DNA from: a virus
Taxonomy: Duplodnaviria; Caudoviricetes
Length of the DNA: 24,588 bases
Strand: one strand, 5' to 3'
Virus record (IMG/VR): IMGVR_UViG_3300020045_010371
Coordinates: 1-24,588 of that record
Made by a program: the position numbers and the translations under genes. The notes under the pieces are model-generated. The model worked only from the letters and a program-made list of their open reading frames with translations, was not told the origin of the DNA and made no database searches. This document shows positions 16,485 through 24,470 of the stretch, piece by piece. The number at the start of each line of letters is the position of its first letter. The first letter of the stretch is position 1.

Positions 16485-16730
16485 ATGAGAGAAAATAATA
16501 TTGTACAAGCAAAAAAAATGTATCCAATTGGAACTACTTTTTATTCTTCTAAATCTGGTATTACTTTTACAGTAAAAACAAATGCATTTATTGAAGAAAA
16601 CGATGGTAATATTAAATTGGCAAATGGTTTTGGAAATGTTCCATATGTATATTTTAATGGTAAATGGGCTGAAATAATATCATTACCTGAACCTAAAAAC
16701 GAAATAATTGACAACTATGAAATATACTAA
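16485..16730 (+). CDS. Hypothetical protein ending IIDNYEIY
   Basis: 81 aa; AKKMYPIGT.F ... VY.NGKWAEII domain plus the shared C-terminal motif. Confidence 0.8.
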   Translation: MRENNIVQAKKMYPIGTTFYSSKSGITFTVKTNAFIEENDGNIKLANGFGNVPYVYFNGKWAEIISLPEPKNEIIDNYEIY

Positions 16731-16980
16731 AGAAAATCTAATAGGTATAGGAATTAAATCTTCAAATAAAGAAGAATCTCTTATTATTATTGAAAAATTA
16801 AAAACATTAGGGATTGATGGATTATGGTCTGGTTCTAATAATAATGCTAATTATGGTTTAAGTAAAAAAGGTTCAGCATATTGTTCTAGTTTTATGACAA
16901 ACTTTCATAAAATTATTTCATTTGAAGAATTCATGAATGAAAATAAAGATGAAGTAATAGATAACTTTGAAATATTTTAA
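16717..16980 (+). CDS. Hypothetical protein ending VIDNFEIF (start revised to ATG 16717)
   Basis: Paralogue of 16983-17261 (ES..II..LK, YG, IISFEEFMN). Confidence 0.8.
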   Translation: MKYTKENLIGIGIKSSNKEESLIIIEKLKTLGIDGLWSGSNNNANYGLSKKGSAYCSSFMTNFHKIISFEEFMNENKDEVIDNFEIF

Positions 16981-16982
16981 AT

Positions 16983-17261
16983 ATGAAAATATGTAAATTA
17001 AAACCAGGAACGGCTGTAAGAACCAATAATTATATAGAGTCAAGAACAGTTGTTGATTATTTAAAAAAATTTAATTTATTAAATCCTAGAGAATTAGTAG
17101 GTAATGGTGAAGGTTATTATGGAATAGCTAGAGATAATACTATTGATGCTAATTCAGAATTAAATAAAAATCTATTTGATTCATTTATAACATTTGATGA
17201 ATTTATAAATTTAATTAATCAACCAGATAATTTAATAGTAAACAATTTTGAAATTTATTAA
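16983..17261 (+). CDS. Hypothetical protein ending IVNNFEIY
   Basis: Paralogue of preceding ORF (ES..VV..LK, YYG, FITFDEFIN). Confidence 0.8.
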   Translation: MKICKLKPGTAVRTNNYIESRTVVDYLKKFNLLNPRELVGNGEGYYGIARDNTIDANSELNKNLFDSFITFDEFINLINQPDNLIVNNFEIY

Positions 17262-17283
17262 CAAACAAAAAACAAATAAAATT

Positions 17284-17730
17284 ATGTCAGATAAAAAAAA
17301 GAATTTACCAGCAAGTGTAACATCAACAACAGATGTTTTATCAGTATTAAAAAAAGAATTGGAAGGATTACAATCTATTAGTAGCACTCAGTATAAAACT
17401 AGTGGTAAAATAGAAGGATTTCCAAACAGTATTGATACTGAAACCAAAATTGAAAATTTAGTTAGAATGTGGGCTTCTATTCAAGGTAGAGCTAAAGCAT
17501 ACGCTGAAGCTCAATTAGATTTAGATATTAAATCTTTACCAGTATTTAAAATGTCTGATTCATTACCAGAAGATTTTAAACATGATATTCAATTGAAAAT
17601 CAAAATCTTAACTCATGCTGAAAGACAAGCTCAATTGGAATCTTTAATTAAAGAAGGTGAAGCTTTCTTAACTAAAGAAGACCAACAAAGAATCTATTTA
17701 GATAAAGTTAAAAATGCTTTTTCAAAATAA
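17284..17730 (+). CDS. Helical hypothetical protein (start revised to ATG 17284)
   Basis: ATG after A-rich leader; coiled-coil-like C-terminus. Confidence 0.8.
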   Translation: MSDKKKNLPASVTSTTDVLSVLKKELEGLQSISSTQYKTSGKIEGFPNSIDTETKIENLVRMWASIQGRAKAYAEAQLDLDIKSLPVFKMSDSLPEDFKHDIQLKIKILTHAERQAQLESLIKEGEAFLTKEDQQRIYLDKVKNAFSK

Positions 17731-17900
17731 ATATTAGAACAAATCTCAATTAGCAAATAGTGTAACAATATGATTTATTATATGTGGTTACTAGGATTGA
17801 GATTTGTTTTTAAAACTTTTAGCCAGTCACCGAGGAGCATACCTTGGATTAATGTCTATCTTATTTGTGAAAGACCTTGCAGATAGAGCTGGTTATTTTA

Positions 17901-18165
17901 ATGCACCACAACTCACGTTAGATATAAAGACTTCTTATAAATTGCCATACAGCTATATTATATAGTTTGCTCATAATAAGATGTGAAACTACCTGATTAA
18001 TTAGATTACAGAGATAACACTTAATAGAAATATGATTGTGTAGACACTAGTTAATCATGCTCCAAAGGGTGAGCAGTTGTAATAATCTGGTGTCACATCA
18101 CAGTCCAGATACTCATAAGAAAAGCAGAGTTGGCTGAACTTATTACAACTGAGTTGCAGATGGGA
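17901..18165 (+). ncRNA. Candidate structured non-coding RNA, family not recognised
   Basis: Perfect 12-bp stem 18074-18085/18140-18151, CTCAC/GTGAG and TGCA/TGCA closing stems in a 520-nt intergenic gap. Confidence 0.45.
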
Positions 18166-18248
18166 AATAAATATAAAGATTAAGTTAACACTATACTTGT
18201 TTATAAGGAAGTGTATTTAAATTAATCATTAATCTAAAACAGAAACAA

Positions 18249-18899
18249 ATGAAACAATTATGCAATGTAGTTATGCTCGCTACTGAAAAAGCAGAAAATT
18301 GTATTGCTAAATATTTTAACAATAAATTATCTTGGACAAATCAATTATTAACTAAAGATTATAGACAATCAGTAGGTATAACCTGTTATCATCTCTACAT
18401 CACTTCTAATGAAGAAATTAAAGAAGATGATTGGTTTTATGATAAAACATTAAATACTATTAATCAATATTTAATTAAAGATTATAGTGAACAATCTATA
18501 AGATTAAGAGAAAATAAAACAATATTTAAAATAATAGCTACAACAGATAAATCTCTTGGATTTAAAGATACTATTAGTATTCCTCAAAGAAAAGGATTAA
18601 CTAATCATTATCCTACATTTAAATCATTACCTCAAATTCCAGAATCATTCGTTAAAGCTTATATAGAATCTAATGGTACTATTACAGAAGTAATGGTTGA
18701 GTATTATGATAAAGCTGAAAAGAATAATAATAATGAATGGTGTAAAGAAATTAAACTTCGTCCTGATAATACTATTATCATATCTCAAGCTAGAACTTAT
18801 ACCGAACAACAATTATTAGCATTTGCATGCTGGTATAGTGGTATGGAAGAAAGTAAAGTTAAAAGACAATTAGATAAGTGGAATCAAGATAAATTATAA
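18249..18899 (+). CDS. Hypothetical phage protein
   Basis: 216 aa with HLYITSNEEIKEDDW, KIIATTDKSL and LPQIPESFV motifs that I associate with Bacteroidota phage ORFs; function unknown. Confidence 0.8.
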   Translation: MKQLCNVVMLATEKAENCIAKYFNNKLSWTNQLLTKDYRQSVGITCYHLYITSNEEIKEDDWFYDKTLNTINQYLIKDYSEQSIRLRENKTIFKIIATTDKSLGFKDTISIPQRKGLTNHYPTFKSLPQIPESFVKAYIESNGTITEVMVEYYDKAEKNNNNEWCKEIKLRPDNTIIISQARTYTEQQLLAFACWYSGMEESKVKRQLDKWNQDKL

Positions 18900-18914
18900 C
18901 CTAAAAACAATATT

Positions 18915-19052
18915 ATGATACCAAACGAAGAACATAAAGATGATTTTAAAGATACAGAAATAAGTGTTATGGCTGGAATAATTATAGCAGTAATTGCTAT
19001 TGGATTATTTGGAGCTTTCTTATATGCTGTATTTGCACAAATTTTAATCTAA
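18915..19052 (+). CDS. 45-aa single-TM protein; not in ORF track
   Basis: MIPNEEHKDDFKDTEISVMAGIIIAVIAIGLFGAFLYAVFAQILI*; ends 7 nt before the tmRNA. Confidence 0.65.
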   Translation: MIPNEEHKDDFKDTEISVMAGIIIAVIAIGLFGAFLYAVFAQILI

Positions 19053-19059
19053 GATTAAT

Positions 19060-19447
19060 GGGCTCAATCGGTCAGAACTTTAAAGATTGATATAATAAGC
19101 AAGTAGTGAGATGTTAACTATCACTTAAATCTATGTTTTCAAAGTCATAAATGACAAATGTGTAATAACCAACGAAGTAGGAGGCATCGCAGATGTTCTT
19201 GCTGTTGTAAAAAAAGCTTCTGCAAAAGTCATTCAATTGACACCTGCTCCTAAAGCAGTAGAGTTAAGATTAGCAGCTTAATTTAGGAAAATGGAGATTT
19301 GTGAGTGATACTACTATTATAGTGAAACTCTCTTATTCAGTGATAGAATAATCACTTAGTCCGCAGATAAGACGATAAACTATGCTAAACTTGTAGAAAA
19401 TTATTGATTGACTTAAAGCCACGAGGGTTCGATTCCCTCTGGGTCCA
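19060..19447 (+). ncRNA. ssrA: Phage-encoded tmRNA
   Basis: Acceptor stem GGGCTCA/TGGGTCC with G3.U70 and A73 (Ala identity); T-arm GAGGG-TTCGATT-CCCTC; GCAAGT/ACTTGT helix-2 pair; internal frame after ATAAAT ending ...ELRLAA-TAA; 388 nt; CCA not fully encoded. Confidence 0.92.
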
Positions 19448-19518
19448 CATTAGCTTGTCAGCTATTGCTTTGTTAATTCAAGTAAATTAACTGGTGGAGG
19501 TAAATCAAATTACCCTAT

Positions 19519-19552
19519 ACTCAGCAGTTTTAATTGACTGCTGAGTTTTTAT
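19519..19552 (+). terminator. Intrinsic terminator downstream of tmRNA
   Basis: ACTCAGCAGTT/GACTGCTGAGT stem followed by T-run. Confidence 0.8.
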
Positions 19553-19591
19553 TATTTAAAATAATTATTAACAACTAAAAACAAAAACCAA

Positions 19592-19864
19592 ATGAAACCA
19601 AAATCAATGAACAAACCGTATGTAAAGAAATTAAATAAAAATGGTGAAGTAACTAATCCTATTACAAAGGATGAACCATTTGTTAACAATTTACCATTTA
19701 ATCGTTCTCAAAGACGTGGAGTTGGTAAATATGTTACATTATCAAATCCTGTAACAGGTCAACCTTTAGGTAAATTAAAGTTGAAAGGTAATAACAAAGC
19801 TTCAACATCTGGTCGAGGAAAGAATTCTCGATTAAATAATCAAAAAGCATCTAAAAAGAATTAA
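19592..19864 (+). CDS. Highly basic small protein, possible nucleic-acid binder
   Basis: 90 aa, K/N/R-rich, NRSQRR motif. Confidence 0.75.
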   Translation: MKPKSMNKPYVKKLNKNGEVTNPITKDEPFVNNLPFNRSQRRGVGKYVTLSNPVTGQPLGKLKLKGNNKASTSGRGKNSRLNNQKASKKN

Positions 19865-19866
19865 AA

Positions 19867-20295
19867 ATGAAAAAATTAATATTATTAATAGCTATCACAA
19901 TGGTAGCTATTATTTTAACATCTTGTAACAAAGATAAAGATCCTATTGTAGTACAACCAGTTTATCAAGGAAATGTATTTATAGATGTATATGTATTAGA
20001 TTCAATTGTGCATACAAGTGCAAATGGATATGCAGATACAATTAGAGTTAGTGCTGACAGAACTTTAACAACAGCACCATCTATGTATGGTAAAAACAAT
20101 AATACAACTGTTGAAGGAAGTTATAGAAGTTGGGAAATGGACTATTCATTTACAAATGATTTACAACATGATGGTAATCCTAATTCCGGAATAACTGGAT
20201 TCTATTCATTTAGAGGTGATACATTAGATTATGTTTATGAAGTAATAAATAGTACAATATTTCCTATACACAAAGCATTGTATGTGAAAATTTAA
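19867..20295 (+). CDS. Lipoprotein
   Basis: MKK + hydrophobic stretch + lipobox LTSC, followed by NKDKD. Confidence 0.8.
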   Translation: MKKLILLIAITMVAIILTSCNKDKDPIVVQPVYQGNVFIDVYVLDSIVHTSANGYADTIRVSADRTLTTAPSMYGKNNNTTVEGSYRSWEMDYSFTNDLQHDGNPNSGITGFYSFRGDTLDYVYEVINSTIFPIHKALYVKI

Positions 20296-20379
20296 AAAAA
20301 TTAACTATATCCTTATAAAAGTGTGAATACAGTACGAGGTTTGCACATAGTTTCTATTATTAACCAAAAATCAAAAACC

Positions 20380-20817
20380 ATGAAAACACAAATTAAACAA
20401 ACAATCGTTGCTTTTTTAATGTTTACAGTCCTTATATTAGCTTATAATACAGCTGTTGGACAAACATTAACAACTAAAGCTAAAATCACTTTAAATGGTA
20501 AATCTACCCTAGAAAAAGTGAAAGTAACAATTATTGATCTTGATACAATTGATGCTTATAAGAATAAATCTTTTGAAGTAGTTAAAGGATTTACTTATGA
20601 GTTTGAAGATAATAAAGAATATCTTATTGTATTTCAAAAAGAAGGTTATCAAAGTAAATCTGTGGCTGTTGAAACAAATCATAGGGACAATCAAAAGTTT
20701 CTATATTTATTTATAGTTGATTTATCTGATAAAGATGTAATAAAGAATGAAGTAAAATATGCTGGTGGTATATTTTATAACAAACGAAAGAAAGAATTTG
20801 ATTATTATCTCATGTAA
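20380..20817 (+). CDS. Secreted beta-sandwich protein (carboxypeptidase-regulatory/PEGA-like); start revised to ATG 20380
   Basis: Sec signal ending AVG-Q; Y.IVFQKEGYQSK motif; TATTAACC leader precedes 20380. Confidence 0.7.
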   Translation: MKTQIKQTIVAFLMFTVLILAYNTAVGQTLTTKAKITLNGKSTLEKVKVTIIDLDTIDAYKNKSFEVVKGFTYEFEDNKEYLIVFQKEGYQSKSVAVETNHRDNQKFLYLFIVDLSDKDVIKNEVKYAGGIFYNKRKKEFDYYLM

Positions 20818-20822
20818 AACTT

Positions 20823-20852
20823 ACAACTCCTATTAGTTTAGGAGTTGTTTTT
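20823..20852 (+). terminator. Intrinsic terminator
   Basis: ACAACTCCTA/TAGGAGTTGT stem + TTTT. Confidence 0.75.
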
Positions 20853-20865
20853 AACTCCTTAAACA

Positions 20866-21168
20866 ATGTTAACCATCAATAAACCACAATCAAAGCTTGA
20901 TAAAGTAAAACATTTATTAAAGATAGCAAATGAATTAAATATATTAAATGATAAAATGTTTGACCAGTTAATGGATAAATATGAAAGTAATTATTTAATG
21001 TTTGATTACATGCTAGAAAATATTAATAGTTGTATTTTTGATAAAGCACCAATTGAAAGAACTAAGCAAAATTTCTTAGAGTTATTACAAATTAATAACT
21101 ATAATGAATTAATAGAAGCTCAAGTATCAGAAAGATTATATGAACCTTCAAAACTTGATTATGAATAA
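20866..21168 (+). CDS. Hypothetical protein
   Basis: 100-aa helical ORF. Confidence 0.75.
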   Translation: MLTINKPQSKLDKVKHLLKIANELNILNDKMFDQLMDKYESNYLMFDYMLENINSCIFDKAPIERTKQNFLELLQINNYNELIEAQVSERLYEPSKLDYE

Positions 21169-21364
21169 ATATTTAAAATTTATCTGGCTTAAATTAAATA
21201 ATAAGACAGTTTTAACAAGTTCTTTTTTGAATACTATTAAGATTAAAACAATTCAACCGGATGTTAGATTGTCTTACAATCAATTATTTAACAATGTAAA
21301 ACAAACAGAAAATGCCAGACATAGAACTAATACAGAACCTACATTGGAAATTTCCAAACACTAA
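21161..21364 (+). CDS. Hypothetical protein (start probably ATG 21161)
   Basis: Coupled to the upstream stop (ATGAATAA). Confidence 0.55.
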   Translation: MNKYLKFIWLKLNNKTVLTSSFLNTIKIKTIQPDVRLSYNQLFNNVKQTENARHRTNTEPTLEISKH

Positions 21365-21563
21365 ATCTTTTATTAGATTAGAAAAGCTTAAAGACCATGA
21401 ATTAGAAAACATTAGAACAGTAGTTCGTAGAAATAAACATACAACTAAAGTTTGGTTTGCTATTTCAAGTGAACAATGGTTTAATGATATAACATTATTA
21501 TTAAAACATAGAAAAAAAGATAAAGAATTAACCCTGCAAAATATTTTACCAATTAGTAAATAA
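21312..21563 (+). CDS. Hypothetical protein
   Basis: 83-aa basic ORF. Confidence 0.7.
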   Translation: MPDIELIQNLHWKFPNTKSFIRLEKLKDHELENIRTVVRRNKHTTKVWFAISSEQWFNDITLLLKHRKKDKELTLQNILPISK

Positions 21564-21636
21564 TATAAGCCCTAGTAGATGGCTTGTTATCTACTCCTTG
21601 GTTAGATAGGTTACTAACCTTTTTGGGTTAATAATT

Positions 21637-21666
21637 AGACAGTCAGGGTGGTTCCTGACTGTTTTT
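21637..21666 (+). terminator. Intrinsic terminator
   Basis: ACAGTCAGG/CCTGACTGT stem + TTTT. Confidence 0.75.
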
Positions 21667-21679
21667 AAAACTTAAACAA

Positions 21680-21892
21680 ATGAAAAACACTTATTTAAAT
21701 TTTTTAACATTATCTACTTTATTTATTCCTTCATCTTCAGATTGGGATTTAAAAATAAATGATTTAGTTGAAGAATACAAACAAACAAAGTTTTTACCTA
21801 GAAAAGATAAAAAGAGAAAAAGGAAAAAAATTCATGAAAACTATTCTTTTTATCAATCTATGAAAAAATGGTCAAATCCTTTTGACATATGA
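21680..21892 (+). CDS. Basic hypothetical protein
   Basis: 70 aa with LPRKDKKRKRKK. Confidence 0.7.
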   Translation: MKNTYLNFLTLSTLFIPSSSDWDLKINDLVEEYKQTKFLPRKDKKRKRKKIHENYSFYQSMKKWSNPFDI

Positions 21893-22003
21893 TAAAACTC
21901 CTTTACAAAATAATACTGAGCATAACAGCTAAAATGCAGTGATAGACTTTCTCCACTCGGATAAGAAAGTAAAATAGTAAATTTAGTAAAAATCAAAAAA
22001 ATT

Positions 22004-22450
22004 ATGGAAACTCAAGTAGAAATCGTGAAAAATGCAAAATCAGGTCAAATTTTCACACCAGGAACAAAAGTGTCAGCAGATGGTAAATCTTATGGATTTT
22101 ATGTTGTAGCACAAAACTCAATCACAGAAGAAAATGGTTTCATTCGTGAAGAAAAGCGTTCTGCTTTGTTAACAGCTGAAAACAGCTTGGGAGCAAAATT
22201 AGGTTACGCTGAAGGAACCATTAAAGCTGGTAACATTGTTCGTACAGAAAGTTTCACTCCATTCTTCGTTGGTCAAGAATGTGTAATGAATCCAACTACT
22301 GGAAAAGCAGTATTGCGTGATGGTAAACAATTTTACCGTCAAGATTTGTTTAGTGCTGACTTAACAAAAGCAGACACTTTACTTCCTATTAGTTCTGTTT
22401 CAGAAGCAGTTATTGCACCAGTTGCAGCAACATCTGGATTAGGTAACTAA
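22004..22450 (+). CDS. Probably highly expressed beta-rich protein (possible OB-like/ssDNA-binding)
   Basis: CGT/TTC/AAC codon bias, own terminator, PF..GQE..MNP.TG......G...YR motif. Function is inference. Confidence 0.6.
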   Translation: METQVEIVKNAKSGQIFTPGTKVSADGKSYGFYVVAQNSITEENGFIREEKRSALLTAENSLGAKLGYAEGTIKAGNIVRTESFTPFFVGQECVMNPTTGKAVLRDGKQFYRQDLFSADLTKADTLLPISSVSEAVIAPVAATSGLGN

Positions 22451-22457
22451 TTGTATT

Positions 22458-22491
22458 AAAAAGGGACTATCTTCGGATAGCTCCCTTTTTT
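22458..22491 (+). terminator. Intrinsic terminator with UUCG loop
   Basis: GGGACTATC-TTCG-GATAGCTCCC-TTTTTT. Confidence 0.85.
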
Positions 22492-22598
22492 ATTAACCAA
22501 AAATATTAAAAAGAATAACGATACTAGTACAGTTTTTTACTAATCAGACTTTACTGTTTTTAAAGTCAGATTATTTTATTAATCTTAAAATTACAGAA

Positions 22599-22871
22599 AT
22601 GTTTAAATTATTAATGTTTTTTATTATTTTAGGACTAGTTATTATCTTCTCAATTTCAATTTTTAGAATATTCAAACAAGATTTGAAATATGCTAAAAAT
22701 GAACAAGATGATTTTGATATAGATTCTTCAATAATACGTTTAAAAGAAGCTATTAAAAAGGCTGAAACAAGAGCAAAAAATGGGTCTGCAAATGCTGAAG
22801 CTGACCTTATCTTATATAGAGAAAAACTGAAAGAAGCAGAAGAGTTAAAAGAAAAAACTAAAAATTTATAA
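22599..22871 (+). CDS. TM + coiled-coil protein, likely SPFH partner
   Basis: N-terminal TM helix; ends 3 nt before the SPFH gene. Confidence 0.75.
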   Translation: MFKLLMFFIILGLVIIFSISIFRIFKQDLKYAKNEQDDFDIDSSIIRLKEAIKKAETRAKNGSANAEADLILYREKLKEAEELKEKTKNL

Positions 22872-22874
22872 AAA

Positions 22875-24062
22875 ATGTTTGAAAATAAAAAACCAATTGT
22901 TATAGGTGTACTATCACTAGTACTTATTATTGTATTTGTATTTGTAAATCCATTTGCTTGGAATGATGCAACAGAAAGAACTGTTGTAACAACAATGAGT
23001 GGAAAACAATTTGTTCAATTTGAACCAGGACCTTTTTATCAAGGATTCTTTGCTAAAAGTACTGTTTATCCAAATCAAATCAGTGTATCATATCAAGCAA
23101 ATGAAGCTGACTATGATGTAAATGATAATACAATTGAAATTGGAACTATCAAAGTACTATTTAATGATCCTGCTAAAGCTGATGCTTATGGTATTACTCA
23201 GTATATTTTGCCTTCAGATGAAGTTAAAATGTTAGAGATGCATAATGCTCATAAAAGTATAGAAGGTCTTGTAAAACGAAGATTATCACCTTATACTCAA
23301 GAATGTTTAGGTTCATGTGCTCAATTAATGAATACTGAAATGCATTATTCTGGTGGTAAAGCTCAGATGAGTCAGGATTATCTTGACCAACTAAGGAATG
23401 GTGTATATCTATTAAATGTTAGTGAAGTAAATGTTTATGATAGTATTGAGAAATCTTACAGAAAAGTATATCGTGTTGAAAAACAATTAGATAAAGATAA
23501 ACAAGTTAAACGTAAATCTTCTTCTATTAAGGAATATGGTATAGTTGTATCTGATGCTCAAATTACAAATGTGGATTATGAATCTGCTGTAGATTCATTA
23601 ATTGCTAAAAAATTAGCATCTGCAACAGCTGCATCTGTATCTAGACAAGCTTTAATGACAGCTCAACAACAAGCTTTAACTGCTGAAGCTACAGGTAAGA
23701 AAACCTTAGTAGAAACAGAATATAAGCAAAAAGTTCAACAAACTTTGGAAGTTGTAAAAGCAGAAACTAAGGTTAAATTACAAGAACAATATACATTAGA
23801 ACAAAAAGCTGCTGCTGAAGCTGCTGTATTTGCTGCTCAAGTAGTTAGAACTGATGCTGATGCTGAAGCTTATAAAGCTGCAAAATTAGTTAGTGCTGGT
23901 TTAAGTCCTTGGGATAAAGCAGATTTTGAGATGAAAACTAAGATAGGTGTTGCTAATGCTTTATCTAAAGTTACATTACCTGCTTATTATGCTCCAGGAA
24001 ATACTGGTGGTACAAATAATATATTAGATGCATTGTTATCTACTAAATTATTAGAAAAATAA
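22875..24062 (+). CDS. SPFH/band 7 (prohibitin/flotillin-like) membrane protein
   Basis: N-terminal TM, band-7 core (EYGIVVSDAQITNVDY), Ala/Glu-rich coiled coil (ADAEAY). Confidence 0.85.
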   Translation: MFENKKPIVIGVLSLVLIIVFVFVNPFAWNDATERTVVTTMSGKQFVQFEPGPFYQGFFAKSTVYPNQISVSYQANEADYDVNDNTIEIGTIKVLFNDPAKADAYGITQYILPSDEVKMLEMHNAHKSIEGLVKRRLSPYTQECLGSCAQLMNTEMHYSGGKAQMSQDYLDQLRNGVYLLNVSEVNVYDSIEKSYRKVYRVEKQLDKDKQVKRKSSSIKEYGIVVSDAQITNVDYESAVDSLIAKKLASATAASVSRQALMTAQQQALTAEATGKKTLVETEYKQKVQQTLEVVKAETKVKLQEQYTLEQKAAAEAAVFAAQVVRTDADAEAYKAAKLVSAGLSPWDKADFEMKTKIGVANALSKVTLPAYYAPGNTGGTNNILDALLSTKLLEK

Positions 24063-24286
24063 AAAATTTTATAAATTAAATATTTAGCAAAAGTTAAAAA
24101 AACAAGAGATAGTTATGATATATTTCTATATGTAAAACTATGGTTTATAAATTTTCCAATTGAATTTTCTTCTATACCTTATGAACTTTCATTTTTAATA
24201 GATAAAGATTTAAATAGTTGGAAAAACTATTATGGTGATAAATTAACAGTTATTGATTGTAGAAAAAACCACTAAAACACTAAGCA

Positions 24287-24466
24287 ATGGGAAATGAAAT
24301 AGAATTTTTACAATCAGTATTAAATTATATTGAAACAGAAAGAGAGAAAGTGTATGAAAGCAGAATGGACGATAGTGTTAATTATGATGATGCACTTCGT
24401 AAAACAAAGGCGTTTTTTATTATTGAAAACCATATTAACGAAAACATAAAACGACTTAAAAACTAA
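24287..24466 (+). CDS. 59-aa hypothetical protein; not in ORF track
   Basis: MGNEIEFLQSVLNYIETEREKVYESRMDD...ENIKRLKN*. Confidence 0.65.
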   Translation: MGNEIEFLQSVLNYIETEREKVYESRMDDSVNYDDALRKTKAFFIIENHINENIKRLKN

Positions 24467-24470
24467 AACA

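Noticed and set aside
19415-19449. Stand-alone tRNA suggested by the GGTTCGATTCC T-arm
   Set aside because: No anticodon arm; the acceptor partner is ~380 nt upstream, so it is the tmRNA 3' end.
20509-20694. Minus-strand 61-aa ORF
   Set aside because: Antisense shadow of the secreted protein gene.
21914-21972. Small stems ACTG-GCAT/ATGC-AGT and ACTTTCT/AGAAAGT as a riboswitch for 22004
   Set aside because: No recognisable aptamer consensus; too short to support beyond a structured leader.
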